Assembly: GCA_043819555.1 (NCBI GenBank)
Contig: JBDREQ010000064.1
Coordinates: 1-64,000 of the forward strand
Length of the DNA: 64,000 nt
Source of the DNA: Candidatus Zixiibacteriota bacterium
Lineage (GTDB): Bacteria; Zixibacteria; MSB-5A5; GN15; JAAZOE01
Reading direction: 5' to 3'
Shown: one piece after another, positions 30,470-38,873 of the stretch
Layout of the letters: each line of letters begins with the position of its first letter
How positions within the stretch are numbered: position 1 is the first letter of the stretch
Made by a program: the position numbers and the translations under genes
The notes under the pieces: generated by a model
Told to the model about the DNA's origin: nothing
The model's database searches: none
What the model saw: only the letters and a program-made list of their open reading frames with translations

Positions 30470-32323
30470 TTAATCATTATCCAGGGCCTTTTTGGGATAA
30501 ATATCAAGTTCTGTCATCCATTTTTTCAAAGAGCTAATCCTCTGTGAATTATCTTCCGGCAGTACAAATGGATTGCGGCCTCGGCCATCGAGAATAATCC
30601 CAACTACGCCGCCTTTGAGTTCTGTCTCGACTTTTTGTCCGCGTCCTTTGCCGAGATCGAGGTGCTTTAGCGGTTCCAGCGTCGCCTGGGCAGTCATCGG
30701 TAATCCGTTTTCGGCGACGCCGAGCTTGAGCAGCTTAATCTCGCCGAATTCAAGTCTGCCCGAAACAGTTCCGTCAGGCAGATCAATCTTATAACTGAGA
30801 ATCTCTCCGCCTTTTTTAACTTCTCCCGAAGGAGCCACACAGGTTCCGAGATGAATCAAACAGTCTTTTTCAAATACTTCGGTAGCCGCCTGAGGATGCA
30901 ATGTAGAAAGAACGCCCAACTGGGGCATCATAAAGATGGAATCAACCGCGAGGCGAGTTATGCCTTCCGGCTGAAACGCGTCAATCAGCATCAGGGCCGA
31001 TTGCTGCCGGCGGGGAGCGTGAGACAATACGCCGCCCGAACCGATTAGCATGTCCAGAGTCATCATATTGACAATTGTCGAACCGGAACTATCCTGTTCA
31101 AAGGCGTCGGCGATTGTCCTCTGTTTTTGAACGCCTTTCAAAACCGTCGCGAAACTTTTATGCTGTATAAAGGCCAAGCGAAGAGCTTCCTTCGCGACTC
31201 CCTGTTCAAACACTAATTCTTCCATTGATTGAGGAATCGTCGTCGGGCGGATCATTTTATTTTTAACTCGGTTGCGCAGATCGCGCTCATCCATTTCAAA
31301 TGGCACCCAGCGCATGATATTGGGCAGAGTCGCTTCAGCGAACACATTTGAAATTGAGTAACTCATCCCCAAATTAGCCGATACCGTCCGGTTAAAGACG
31401 CCTTCTCCTCCACCGGGACGGAAAACGGAAAACACATCAGTCGTAGCGCCGCCGATATCAACTCCAACGGCTTCCATATTTCCCAGATCGGCAATCGTCT
31501 TGATAATCAATCCCACCGCCCCCGGCGTCGGCATGATCGGAGCATCGGTCCATTTCATCAGTTTGGAATATCCCGGAGCCTGCGCCATGACATGTTCCAT
31601 AAATAAGTTATGAATCTCTTCACGGGCGGGATAGAGGTTTTCCCGCTCTAAAACCGGTCGGAGATTATCGACAATGCCTAAATCTACTTTTTTATCAAGA
31701 GTTTCTTTGACGGCTTTGCGGGCTTCTATATTACCGGCGAAAATAACCGGTAATTTATATCCCGAACCCAGGCGCGGTTTGGGATCGGCTGCGGCAATTA
31801 ATTCCGCGATTTCCGCGACGTGCGATGTGGTTCCACCGTCGATCCCTCCCGATAATAAAATCATATCGGGACGCAAATGACGAATTCTTTCAATTTGCTG
31901 ATGAGGACGGCGCTTGTCGTTGGATGCTATCACATCCATAACGATTGCTCCCGCCCCAAGAGCGGCGCGCTCGGCCGATTCGGCTGTCATAGAACGAACC
32001 ACACCGGCAACCATCATTTGCAATCCGCCGCCGGCCGATGAAGTCGAAATATAAATATCGCATCCCCGGTCCCCGTCTGCGGGCGTGATGATTCTATCGT
32101 TTTCATCGAGCAGAGTTTTATTGGTCAATTCACCGACTTCGGCCACGGCGTTGAGGACCCCCATCGTTACATCCTCAAAAGGCGCTTCAACCGTCGTGGG
32201 CGCCTCGCCTCGTGCAATCAATCGATACTCGCCGTCTCGTTTTTCTATCAGGATTGCCTTGGTAGTCGTTGAACCGCAATCGGTAGCCAAAATTGTATTA
32301 ATCTTTTCCAGATTCTCAAGCAT
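30470..32323 (-). CDS. glmL: Glutamate mutase L / MutL-like actin-fold ATPase
   Basis: 'TDCGSTTTKA', 'SSAGGGLQM', 'PDMILLSGGIDGG', 'MPTPGAV', 'VDIGGATTDVFS', 'RTVSANLGM', 'IGSGGVLSH'. Confidence 0.88.
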   Translation of the reverse strand: MLENLEKINTILATDCGSTTTKAILIEKRDGEYRLIARGEAPTTVEAPFEDVTMGVLNAVAEVGELTNKTLLDENDRIITPADGDRGCDIYISTSSAGGGLQMMVAGVVRSMTAESAERAALGAGAIVMDVIASNDKRRPHQQIERIRHLRPDMILLSGGIDGGTTSHVAEIAELIAAADPKPRLGSGYKLPVIFAGNIEARKAVKETLDKKVDLGIVDNLRPVLERENLYPAREEIHNLFMEHVMAQAPGYSKLMKWTDAPIMPTPGAVGLIIKTIADLGNMEAVGVDIGGATTDVFSVFRPGGGEGVFNRTVSANLGMSYSISNVFAEATLPNIMRWVPFEMDERDLRNRVKNKMIRPTTIPQSMEELVFEQGVAKEALRLAFIQHKSFATVLKGVQKQRTIADAFEQDSSGSTIVNMMTLDMLIGSGGVLSHAPRRQQSALMLIDAFQPEGITRLAVDSIFMMPQLGVLSTLHPQAATEVFEKDCLIHLGTCVAPSGEVKKGGEILSYKIDLPDGTVSGRLEFGEIKLLKLGVAENGLPMTAQATLEPLKHLDLGKGRGQKVETELKGGVVGIILDGRGRNPFVLPEDNSQRISSLKKWMTELDIYPKKALDND

Positions 32324-32586
32324 GTTTCTCTCACTATCCTAAATGTAAAATCCCAAAATTGCCTGTCTGCAAAATCATTTTTACTTCCCAGCCACAAATA
32401 TAGCGGCCAAGAAAAGATTCCAAATATAATCATCAGAGGCAATTTTGTCCACCCCTTTCGGAAGGATTTTATTGGCCAAAAACTACCTCTCCTAATCGAC
32501 AGTTCTGTAACCATTTCCGAGAAATAGCAATATTGGCATGATGTGGGGGAAAAAAGAACTTGCATCGACCGGGTTTCCCTGCCCAC

Positions 32587-33400
32587 GGGCGAGGCGACCT
32601 CGCCCCTACATCAAAAATAAAATCCTTTGCTATTATCATATAAATAGAGTATTATTGATTTGTGCGCGATTGCTTAGTCATTGCGAGTCCCGCGTTAGCG
32701 GGACGTGGCTAACTGTTGAGGGAAAAATCTTGGGCAATAAGGCAATTGAATAAAGATAATTCAAAATTGACGAGTGATGGATGAATAATCTTCTTGTCAA
32801 AAATCAACATTATATCCCGGAAGGATTCCTTAAAGGATTCACCGATTCTGATGGTAGATTGGTGGAAGTCCTTTTGAGGAACAAGAAAATTTATCGGACT
32901 AGCCCTTCTAATTCAATGTCTGAGAAATTTGTATACGAGCATGATAACCTAAGAAGGAATACCTTAGAAAAGTATTTTGCCAAATTAGATAGTAACATTG
33001 TACCAAGACCGGTGGCCCATTGTTCCCGTGAAACGGGAACGGTGGGTTCCCGCTTTTATGCCTATGCACCAACTCCATCAATCTCCAATGGCACCTTGCC
33101 CAGGATTCCGTATTCATATTTAATAATAGAGTAATTGTACGATAATTGCAACAAATTTGGGAATTACTTACGGGCAGACGAGGACGTCTGCCCTTTTGAA
33201 TTTCATTCCGGCAGATGTCAACATCTGCCGGCCACAATTAATATGTGTCATTGTGAGCGAACGAAGTGAGCGTGGCAATCTTGGAATTTTGTGAGATGGA
33301 AACAGATCGCCACGTCGGCCTTCGGCCTTCTCGCGATGACCGAGACGACAACCCGAGGGTTGTCGCTACGAATTTATTGGCGGGATCGCGGGCTTCCGCC
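32587..33400. repeat. Cluster of heterogeneous REP-like palindromic elements
   Basis: About eight GC-rich hairpins, e.g. 32587-32609, 32677-32709, 33016-33046, 33172-33193, 33208-33235, 33247-33340, 33346-33369. Several end in CTAC/CCAC (GTAG/GTGG on the minus strand). Confidence 0.75.
32781..33134 (+). pseudogene. Truncated DUF4238-like gene fragment
   Basis: N-terminal 'KNQHYIPEGFLKGF...LEKYFAKLDS' resembles the DUF4238 N-terminus. After ~33005 the frame runs into a palindrome and loses protein-like character. Confidence 0.65.
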
Positions 33401-33570
33401 CGGCCAAGTCCAACAATTTGCCTCCCCAACTGGAACCTTTTCTTGCGATTTGTTGTATAAATTCTTAATCCGCAAGCGTTTTTTGTTGAATTAAACACAA
33501 CCTTTTTCTATCGTTATCAGTCTGACAGATAAAACATAAACCTTTTTATAGAGATTGTGTACAATAGGTT

Positions 33571-34317
33571 ATGACTTCAATTCCAATCGCTCTTTTGAGC
33601 GCTCAGGTTCACATGCCGATCGCGTTATTCTCCGGAGGGGTCTGGGAAATCATCGCGCACATGTCATTCTTTGGCTGGATCATCGTCAGCGTTTTGGTCA
33701 TCATGTCTCTGGTGTCATGGGGCATCATGTTCAACAAATACCGCCTCTTCAAGGAAGTCGAATCGCAGTCGTTTAAGTTTAATAATTTATTCGACAAAGC
33801 GACCGACATCTCGGATTTGATTAATCAAACCAAGAACTTTCGTCTAACGCCTGATTCGGGAGTCTATACCGCCGGCATCAAAGAGGCCGACGCCATCATG
33901 GAAGCCAAAAACAAAGGCGGTGTTCCCGAAAACCAGCGCAAATTATCTGAAGATGATTTCAAGACGATTACGATGATGATGGACAAGGCCGTCAACGAGC
34001 AGGTCGGCGAACTGGAGCGGTATGTCGTTTTCCTGGCGACCACCGCCAACGCCGCGCCGTTTCTGGGACTTTTGGGAACGGTCGTCGGTGTCATGGATTC
34101 CTTCTGGTCAATCGGCGAACGCGGCTCAGCGTCATTAACGGTTGTCGCTCCGGGCATCGCCGAGGCGCTTTTGGCCACAATCGTCGGTCTGGCCGCGGCC
34201 ATCCCCGCAGTAATCGGATACAACTGGGCCAATAATAAACTCAAATATATAATCGACCGGTCCAACAATTTCAGCATCTCGTTTATGGCCCGCCTCAAGA
34301 AAGACAGCTATCAATGA
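33571..34317 (+). CDS. tolQ: TolQ / MotA-ExbB family proton channel
   Basis: 'LATTANAAPFLGLLGTVVGVM.SF', 'VVAPGIAEALLAT..GL.AAIPAV..YN'. Confidence 0.93.
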   Translation: MTSIPIALLSAQVHMPIALFSGGVWEIIAHMSFFGWIIVSVLVIMSLVSWGIMFNKYRLFKEVESQSFKFNNLFDKATDISDLINQTKNFRLTPDSGVYTAGIKEADAIMEAKNKGGVPENQRKLSEDDFKTITMMMDKAVNEQVGELERYVVFLATTANAAPFLGLLGTVVGVMDSFWSIGERGSASLTVVAPGIAEALLATIVGLAAAIPAVIGYNWANNKLKYIIDRSNNFSISFMARLKKDSYQ

Positions 34318-34730
34318 TACAACGTCGCTATGGACATATGGCCGATATAAACGTCACCAACCTCGTTGACGTCGTCCTGGTGCTGTTGATTATCTTTATG
34401 ATTACGGCGCCAATGCTTCAGTCCGGAATCGATGTCAACCTGCCCAAAACAAAAACGGCGATAAGCGATGATTTGGGCGAAGGTGTCGTCCTGACGATCG
34501 ATAAAAAAGGCGGCATATTCATTGATGATATCTGGGTCAGGATTCCCGATTTCGAAAAACGGCTTGATGCCGTTATGAGGCAGAAAAATACCTCATCGGT
34601 TTATGTCAGGGCCGACAGCGCCGTCGTTTATGCCGCCGTTGTTGACGTTGTCGCCAAATTGAAGGAAATGGGAATCGATTATCTTGGGCTGGTCACGACC
34701 CCGGTCAATTCTGATAATATGCGGAAATAA
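34314..34730 (+). CDS. tolR: TolR/ExbD
   Basis: 'DINVTNLVDVVLVLLIIFMITAP', 'VRAD..V.Y'. Confidence 0.92.
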   Translation: MIQRRYGHMADINVTNLVDVVLVLLIIFMITAPMLQSGIDVNLPKTKTAISDDLGEGVVLTIDKKGGIFIDDIWVRIPDFEKRLDAVMRQKNTSSVYVRADSAVVYAAVVDVVAKLKEMGIDYLGLVTTPVNSDNMRK

Positions 34731-34735
34731 CAGCC

Positions 34736-35452
34736 ATGGATTTTACGGCACGAGATATTTTTTACTCCATTATTTTTCATGTGGGATTGATTATGATGAT
34801 CACTATCATGAATCCATTTAAGGTCCTGATGAAGCCGGATTTTGATTCGGTGGGAGTAAATATTATCGAAATGCCTCCGCTGGGAAGTCCCGAACTTATA
34901 CAACCCGACAAGATGCCCGAAATTTCAATTCCTGAAGCATTGGTCGAAGAGGATATTGCCGTACCCATTTCCACTCCCGAAACCCGCGAGAAGCCGGTTG
35001 AGATCAAAAAACCGCCTGAAGAAAAAGTCGAAGATCCCAAACCGGAACGCGATACGAGCTATAAAGGCCAGGCCAAGACCGCAGATAAAAATCAACAAGG
35101 CGGCGCCGACGTCAGCAGTCAAATCGGTCCCGGAAGCGCCTTTGGTTCGGCAACGGTTGACAATGCCAGTTTTCAATATCCTTCATATTTGACGCAGGTT
35201 TTTTTAAAGGTGGAGAGAAACTGGTCAAATCCGGTCAGAGCCAATAAACAAATTTCGGCGCAAATCTATTTTCAAATAATCAGATCGGGTACAATTCTGG
35301 ACGCGAAGCTCGTCCAGTCATCAGGAGTCGAAGCATATGATCGGGCATGCTTAAGGGCCATTCAGGCAACCACAATGTTACCGCCTCTGCCTGCGAATTT
35401 TCAGGACGATATTATAGGCATCACTTTGGAATTTCGTTATATACCGGAATAA
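34736..35452 (+). CDS. tolA: TolA/TonB C-terminal domain protein
   Basis: N-terminal TM with 'S..FH', Pro/Glu/Lys linker, 'SSG..AYDRAC.RAI....LPPLP'. Confidence 0.8.
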   Translation: MDFTARDIFYSIIFHVGLIMMITIMNPFKVLMKPDFDSVGVNIIEMPPLGSPELIQPDKMPEISIPEALVEEDIAVPISTPETREKPVEIKKPPEEKVEDPKPERDTSYKGQAKTADKNQQGGADVSSQIGPGSAFGSATVDNASFQYPSYLTQVFLKVERNWSNPVRANKQISAQIYFQIIRSGTILDAKLVQSSGVEAYDRACLRAIQATTMLPPLPANFQDDIIGITLEFRYIPE

Positions 35453-35454
35453 GT

Positions 35455-36756
35455 ATGAAAAAAACTGCTTTATCAATAATCTGCGTAATCCTTTTTTGCG
35501 CACAGGTATATTCCCAATCCGACTGGAAAGGGATAATAACCAAACAGGGGACTTTTCAACCCATATCCCTCGGCGTCGAAGATTTTACCGGCGTTGAAAA
35601 TCAGCGATTATCATCCGCCGATTCGGTTGTTCTCGTACGAATGGGTGAGATTATTCGAAAAGACCTGAACTTCTCACCGTTCTATGAAGTCATTGCACTT
35701 GATTCGTTTTACCTGCGCCATATGGAACTCGAGATAATGACGCTTCTGGGATGGTCTCAGCTCGGCGCCGAATATGTCGTCAAAGGCGAAGCGTCATTTT
35801 CGGGAGAGAACATCAATTTCAGTTACCGGATTTATGCCGCCAAATCGCAAATGGTTTTCGCTCGCGGACGATTCCAATCAATCACAAGTAATTATCGGCG
35901 ACTGTCGCATACCATCGCCAATGATATTATTTATTATCTCACCGGCGACAAGGGCATCTTCGATACCCGCATCTGTTTTATGTCCAAGCGAACCGGCAAC
36001 AAGGAATTATTCCTGTGCGATTATGACGGTGCCAATATCTATCAATTGACCGGGAACGGCTCGATTAACCTGTCCCCGGCATTCGACCCTGACGGCAGGC
36101 GTATTATATTTACTTCGTTTATGAATGATGAACCCCAGCTTTTTGAATATAATGTTATCAATGGCAACGTCAGCCAGATCGCGGCGTATCCGGGAATAAA
36201 TTCAGCCGCGCGGGTTTCGCCTGATGGGGATAATATAGTAGCGGCGCTTTCCCGCGACGGTAACGCCGAATTATATCTTTTAAGACGCGATGGACGAATC
36301 AAACGCCGGCTAACCTACACCAATTCAATTGAATCTGGCCCGTGCTGGTCGCCGACCGGCAAGGAAATCGCCTTCACTTCAGACCGAACCGGATCGCCTC
36401 AGATATATATAATGGATATCGACGGCGTCAACGTACGAAGGCTAACTTACCAGGGAAATTATAACGACTCCCCCGACTGGTCGCCGAAAGGAGATAATAT
36501 CGTCTTTTTAAGCCGGGTCAACGGTGAATTCGATATCTGCACAATTGACGTTACCGGCGATAATTATCGCGTCCTGACCGAACGGGGAAATAACGAAAAC
36601 CCGCATTGGTCGCCCGACGGTAATCATATCGTATTCTCATCGACCCGGACCGGAACGAAAGAGATTTATATCATGGATAGATTTGGGTTTGAGGAAAAGC
36701 GTCTGACAACCGGAGGGGGCAATTCCAACCCATATTGGTCGGGATATGACCGATAA
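35455..36756 (+). CDS. tolB: Tol-Pal beta-propeller protein TolB
   Basis: Start reassigned to MKKTAL. PD40 repeats 'P.WSPDG..I.F.S.R.G..EIY'. Confidence 0.95.
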   Translation: MKKTALSIICVILFCAQVYSQSDWKGIITKQGTFQPISLGVEDFTGVENQRLSSADSVVLVRMGEIIRKDLNFSPFYEVIALDSFYLRHMELEIMTLLGWSQLGAEYVVKGEASFSGENINFSYRIYAAKSQMVFARGRFQSITSNYRRLSHTIANDIIYYLTGDKGIFDTRICFMSKRTGNKELFLCDYDGANIYQLTGNGSINLSPAFDPDGRRIIFTSFMNDEPQLFEYNVINGNVSQIAAYPGINSAARVSPDGDNIVAALSRDGNAELYLLRRDGRIKRRLTYTNSIESGPCWSPTGKEIAFTSDRTGSPQIYIMDIDGVNVRRLTYQGNYNDSPDWSPKGDNIVFLSRVNGEFDICTIDVTGDNYRVLTERGNNENPHWSPDGNHIVFSSTRTGTKEIYIMDRFGFEEKRLTTGGGNSNPYWSGYDR

Positions 36757-36874
36757 ATTTTTTCGATGTATTGATAAAATTTTGTTGCAATGGATATTCC
36801 AATTTCGTACAGTTTTACAATAGATTGGAGATTAACGAAACTGAGTCTGTATAAAAAATTGTAAGGAGGGACTA

Positions 36875-37393
36875 ATGAAAAAATTATTGCTCATTCTTGG
36901 GCTAATAATGATTATGATTTTCATCTACGGATGCGGCGGCAAGAAAACCGCCCCGCCTGTGGTTGAAGAACCGGTTGCGGTAGTCGATACGACTCCTCCA
37001 CCGCCACCACCACCACCACCGCCGCCACCACCACCGCCGCCACCCACAATTAAGGCATCCGATTTTGTCACAATTTATTTCGATTTTGACAAGTACAATA
37101 TTCGAGGCGATCAGAAAGCGAGTCTTGATAAAAATGCTGACGTGATGAGGTCGTTCAGCAACGCGGTCATTAAAATTGAAGGGCATTGCGACGAACGCGG
37201 AACGGTCGAATACAACCTTGCCCTGGGTGACAAACGCACAAACTCGGTTAAGGAGTATTTAGTCGGCCTTGGCATCAGAGCTGATCGTATTGAAATCGTC
37301 AGCTACGGTAAGGAAAAACCGGCCGTCATGGGCAGCAATGAAGACGCCTGGGCCAAAAATCGCCGGGCTGAATTCCGAATCGTGGCGAAATAA
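36875..37393 (+). CDS. pal: Peptidoglycan-associated lipoprotein Pal
   Basis: Lipobox 'IYGC', poly-Pro linker, 'IYFDFDK', 'EGHCDERGT.EYN.ALG', 'SYGKEKP', 'NRRAEF'. Confidence 0.96.
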   Translation: MKKLLLILGLIMIMIFIYGCGGKKTAPPVVEEPVAVVDTTPPPPPPPPPPPPPPPPPTIKASDFVTIYFDFDKYNIRGDQKASLDKNADVMRSFSNAVIKIEGHCDERGTVEYNLALGDKRTNSVKEYLVGLGIRADRIEIVSYGKEKPAVMGSNEDAWAKNRRAEFRIVAK

Positions 37394-37397
37394 TCGG

Positions 37398-38210
37398 ATG
37401 GTTATGCGAAAAGGAAAACGCATTAAGGGATACCTCATTGTGGTATCCCTTTTTAGCCTGATGGTTTTATTCGCCGGATGCGCCACCAAGCAGGATGTTT
37501 TGCGGGTTGAGGAAAAGGTCAATCAGGTTCGCGCCGACCAAAGACTCTTGAAGGCAAAAATTGACGCCATCGATTCACTGATCGCCGACGGCGCCGAGCA
37601 AGACAACCGTCTCCGCGCCGATATGCGTTCGTCTGTTGAAGATTTAAACGAACAGCTAACTCAACTACAAAATCAACTCAACGATCTCAATCAGATGATC
37701 TATAATTTCTCTCAGCGCGTCGCTTCGCAGCCGGCCCAGTCCCAGGTATTCCAGCAAGCGCCGCTGGCAGATGATGCGGCCGCGCAGGCCAGTGATACCA
37801 CTGAAATTGAAGCGGTTTCATCGGTAGATTGTACCGGCCTGTGGGATCAGGCTTTCAAGGATATGCGACGCGGCCAATACGACCTGGCCCTTTCCGGATT
37901 TTCAGATTATATCAAATTTTGCCCGAAAGGCAATCTCCTTGATAACAGCCAGTACTGGATTGCTGAATGCTATTATGAGATGGAAATGAATGAGCGGGCT
38001 ATCGAGGAATATACCAGGCTCATCGACGGGTACCCCGAATCTGAAAAGCTATCATCCGCTTATTTCAAAATCGGCCGCTCGTATGAAAAAATGAACAATA
38101 ACGGAAAGGCTCTCGAGTATTATATCATAATCCAGGAGCAGTTCCCCGGCTCGGTTCAGCACGAGCAGGTCAAAGATAAGATTGAGCGTTGGCAAAAAGA
38201 GCACAATTAA
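37398..38210 (+). CDS. cpoB: Tol-Pal system protein CpoB/YbgF
   Basis: Lipobox 'FAGC', coiled coil, TPRs 'NSQYWIAECYY', 'YPESEK.SSA.FKIG'; follows pal. Confidence 0.88.
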   Translation: MVMRKGKRIKGYLIVVSLFSLMVLFAGCATKQDVLRVEEKVNQVRADQRLLKAKIDAIDSLIADGAEQDNRLRADMRSSVEDLNEQLTQLQNQLNDLNQMIYNFSQRVASQPAQSQVFQQAPLADDAAAQASDTTEIEAVSSVDCTGLWDQAFKDMRRGQYDLALSGFSDYIKFCPKGNLLDNSQYWIAECYYEMEMNERAIEEYTRLIDGYPESEKLSSAYFKIGRSYEKMNNNGKALEYYIIIQEQFPGSVQHEQVKDKIERWQKEHN

Positions 38211-38812
38211 GCGGCGGCAATTATATTGAATTAAGTATAAGAAGACTACCGGCAGAAACTGAGTATTTCTGCCAGGGTTTTTATCAGATTGAAGAAGACG
38301 TATTATACGTACCGATATACCCTTCGGGACGTTTTTATTCTTATTTGGATTCAATCCCGGATAACAATATTCAAAATGCGGATAATAATAAGCAACCGCT
38401 TGCAAATCTGGATATAGATCATGAAGGACGGCTGGTATTTCTGCAAATTAAGACTCCTCGTCGGCAATGGAAGGTAAACAAATCATTGAAGCCTTCTCCG
38501 CCGATTGAATTGGCTGATGTAAGATTTATAAGTTTCCGCGAAAAAACACAATGCCTTGATATTGAAACCGATCAAAATCATTCACAGGTTCGATTGACAT
38601 TTTCCGCTAAAAAAATCAAACGCTCATTTCGTGCCGCAGACAATTTAATATTTGATCTATCTGAGGATAATTTCCTTGTTGCCATTTGGATTATTTCGAT
38701 TACCGATGACCGGGCGGCAAAGCTAATGTCGGAATGGCGTAAAGCAATGCGAATAAATCAAAAACCCGAAGATACCCAATCGTTTTATAAACGAATTGAG
38801 ATAAATAAATAA
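38189..38812 (+). CDS. Hypothetical protein with two DUF2283-like units
   Basis: 'YQIEEDVLYVPI...LDIDHEGRLVFLQI' and 'LIFDLSEDNFLVAIWI' resemble the DUF2283 pattern. Confidence 0.55.
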   Translation: MAKRAQLSGGNYIELSIRRLPAETEYFCQGFYQIEEDVLYVPIYPSGRFYSYLDSIPDNNIQNADNNKQPLANLDIDHEGRLVFLQIKTPRRQWKVNKSLKPSPPIELADVRFISFREKTQCLDIETDQNHSQVRLTFSAKKIKRSFRAADNLIFDLSEDNFLVAIWIISITDDRAAKLMSEWRKAMRINQKPEDTQSFYKRIEINK

Positions 38813-38817
38813 CGTTC

Positions 38818-38854
38818 AAAAAAAACGCCCCGATTAATCCATCGGGACGTTTTT
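38818..38854. terminator. Bidirectional intrinsic terminator
   Basis: AAAAACG.CCCGAT...ATCGGG.CGTTTTT between convergent genes. Confidence 0.8.
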
Positions 38855-38873
38855 AATCTAAAACGAAACTCAA

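Noticed and set aside
30470..32323. DNA mismatch-repair MutL or a complete glutamate fermentation locus
   Set aside because: The motifs are actin-fold (DxGSTTTK, DIGGATTD), not GHKL, and no glmS/glmE/methylaspartase genes are in the window.
32587..33400. CRISPR array or integron attC array
   Set aside because: The hairpins differ in sequence and spacing, with no repeated unit plus spacers, and there is no cas or intI gene.
32248..33498. Short ORFs 32248-32586, 32538-32753, 32908-33237, 33238-33498, 33266-33460
   Set aside because: They are translations of promoter DNA and palindromic repeats with no protein-like features.
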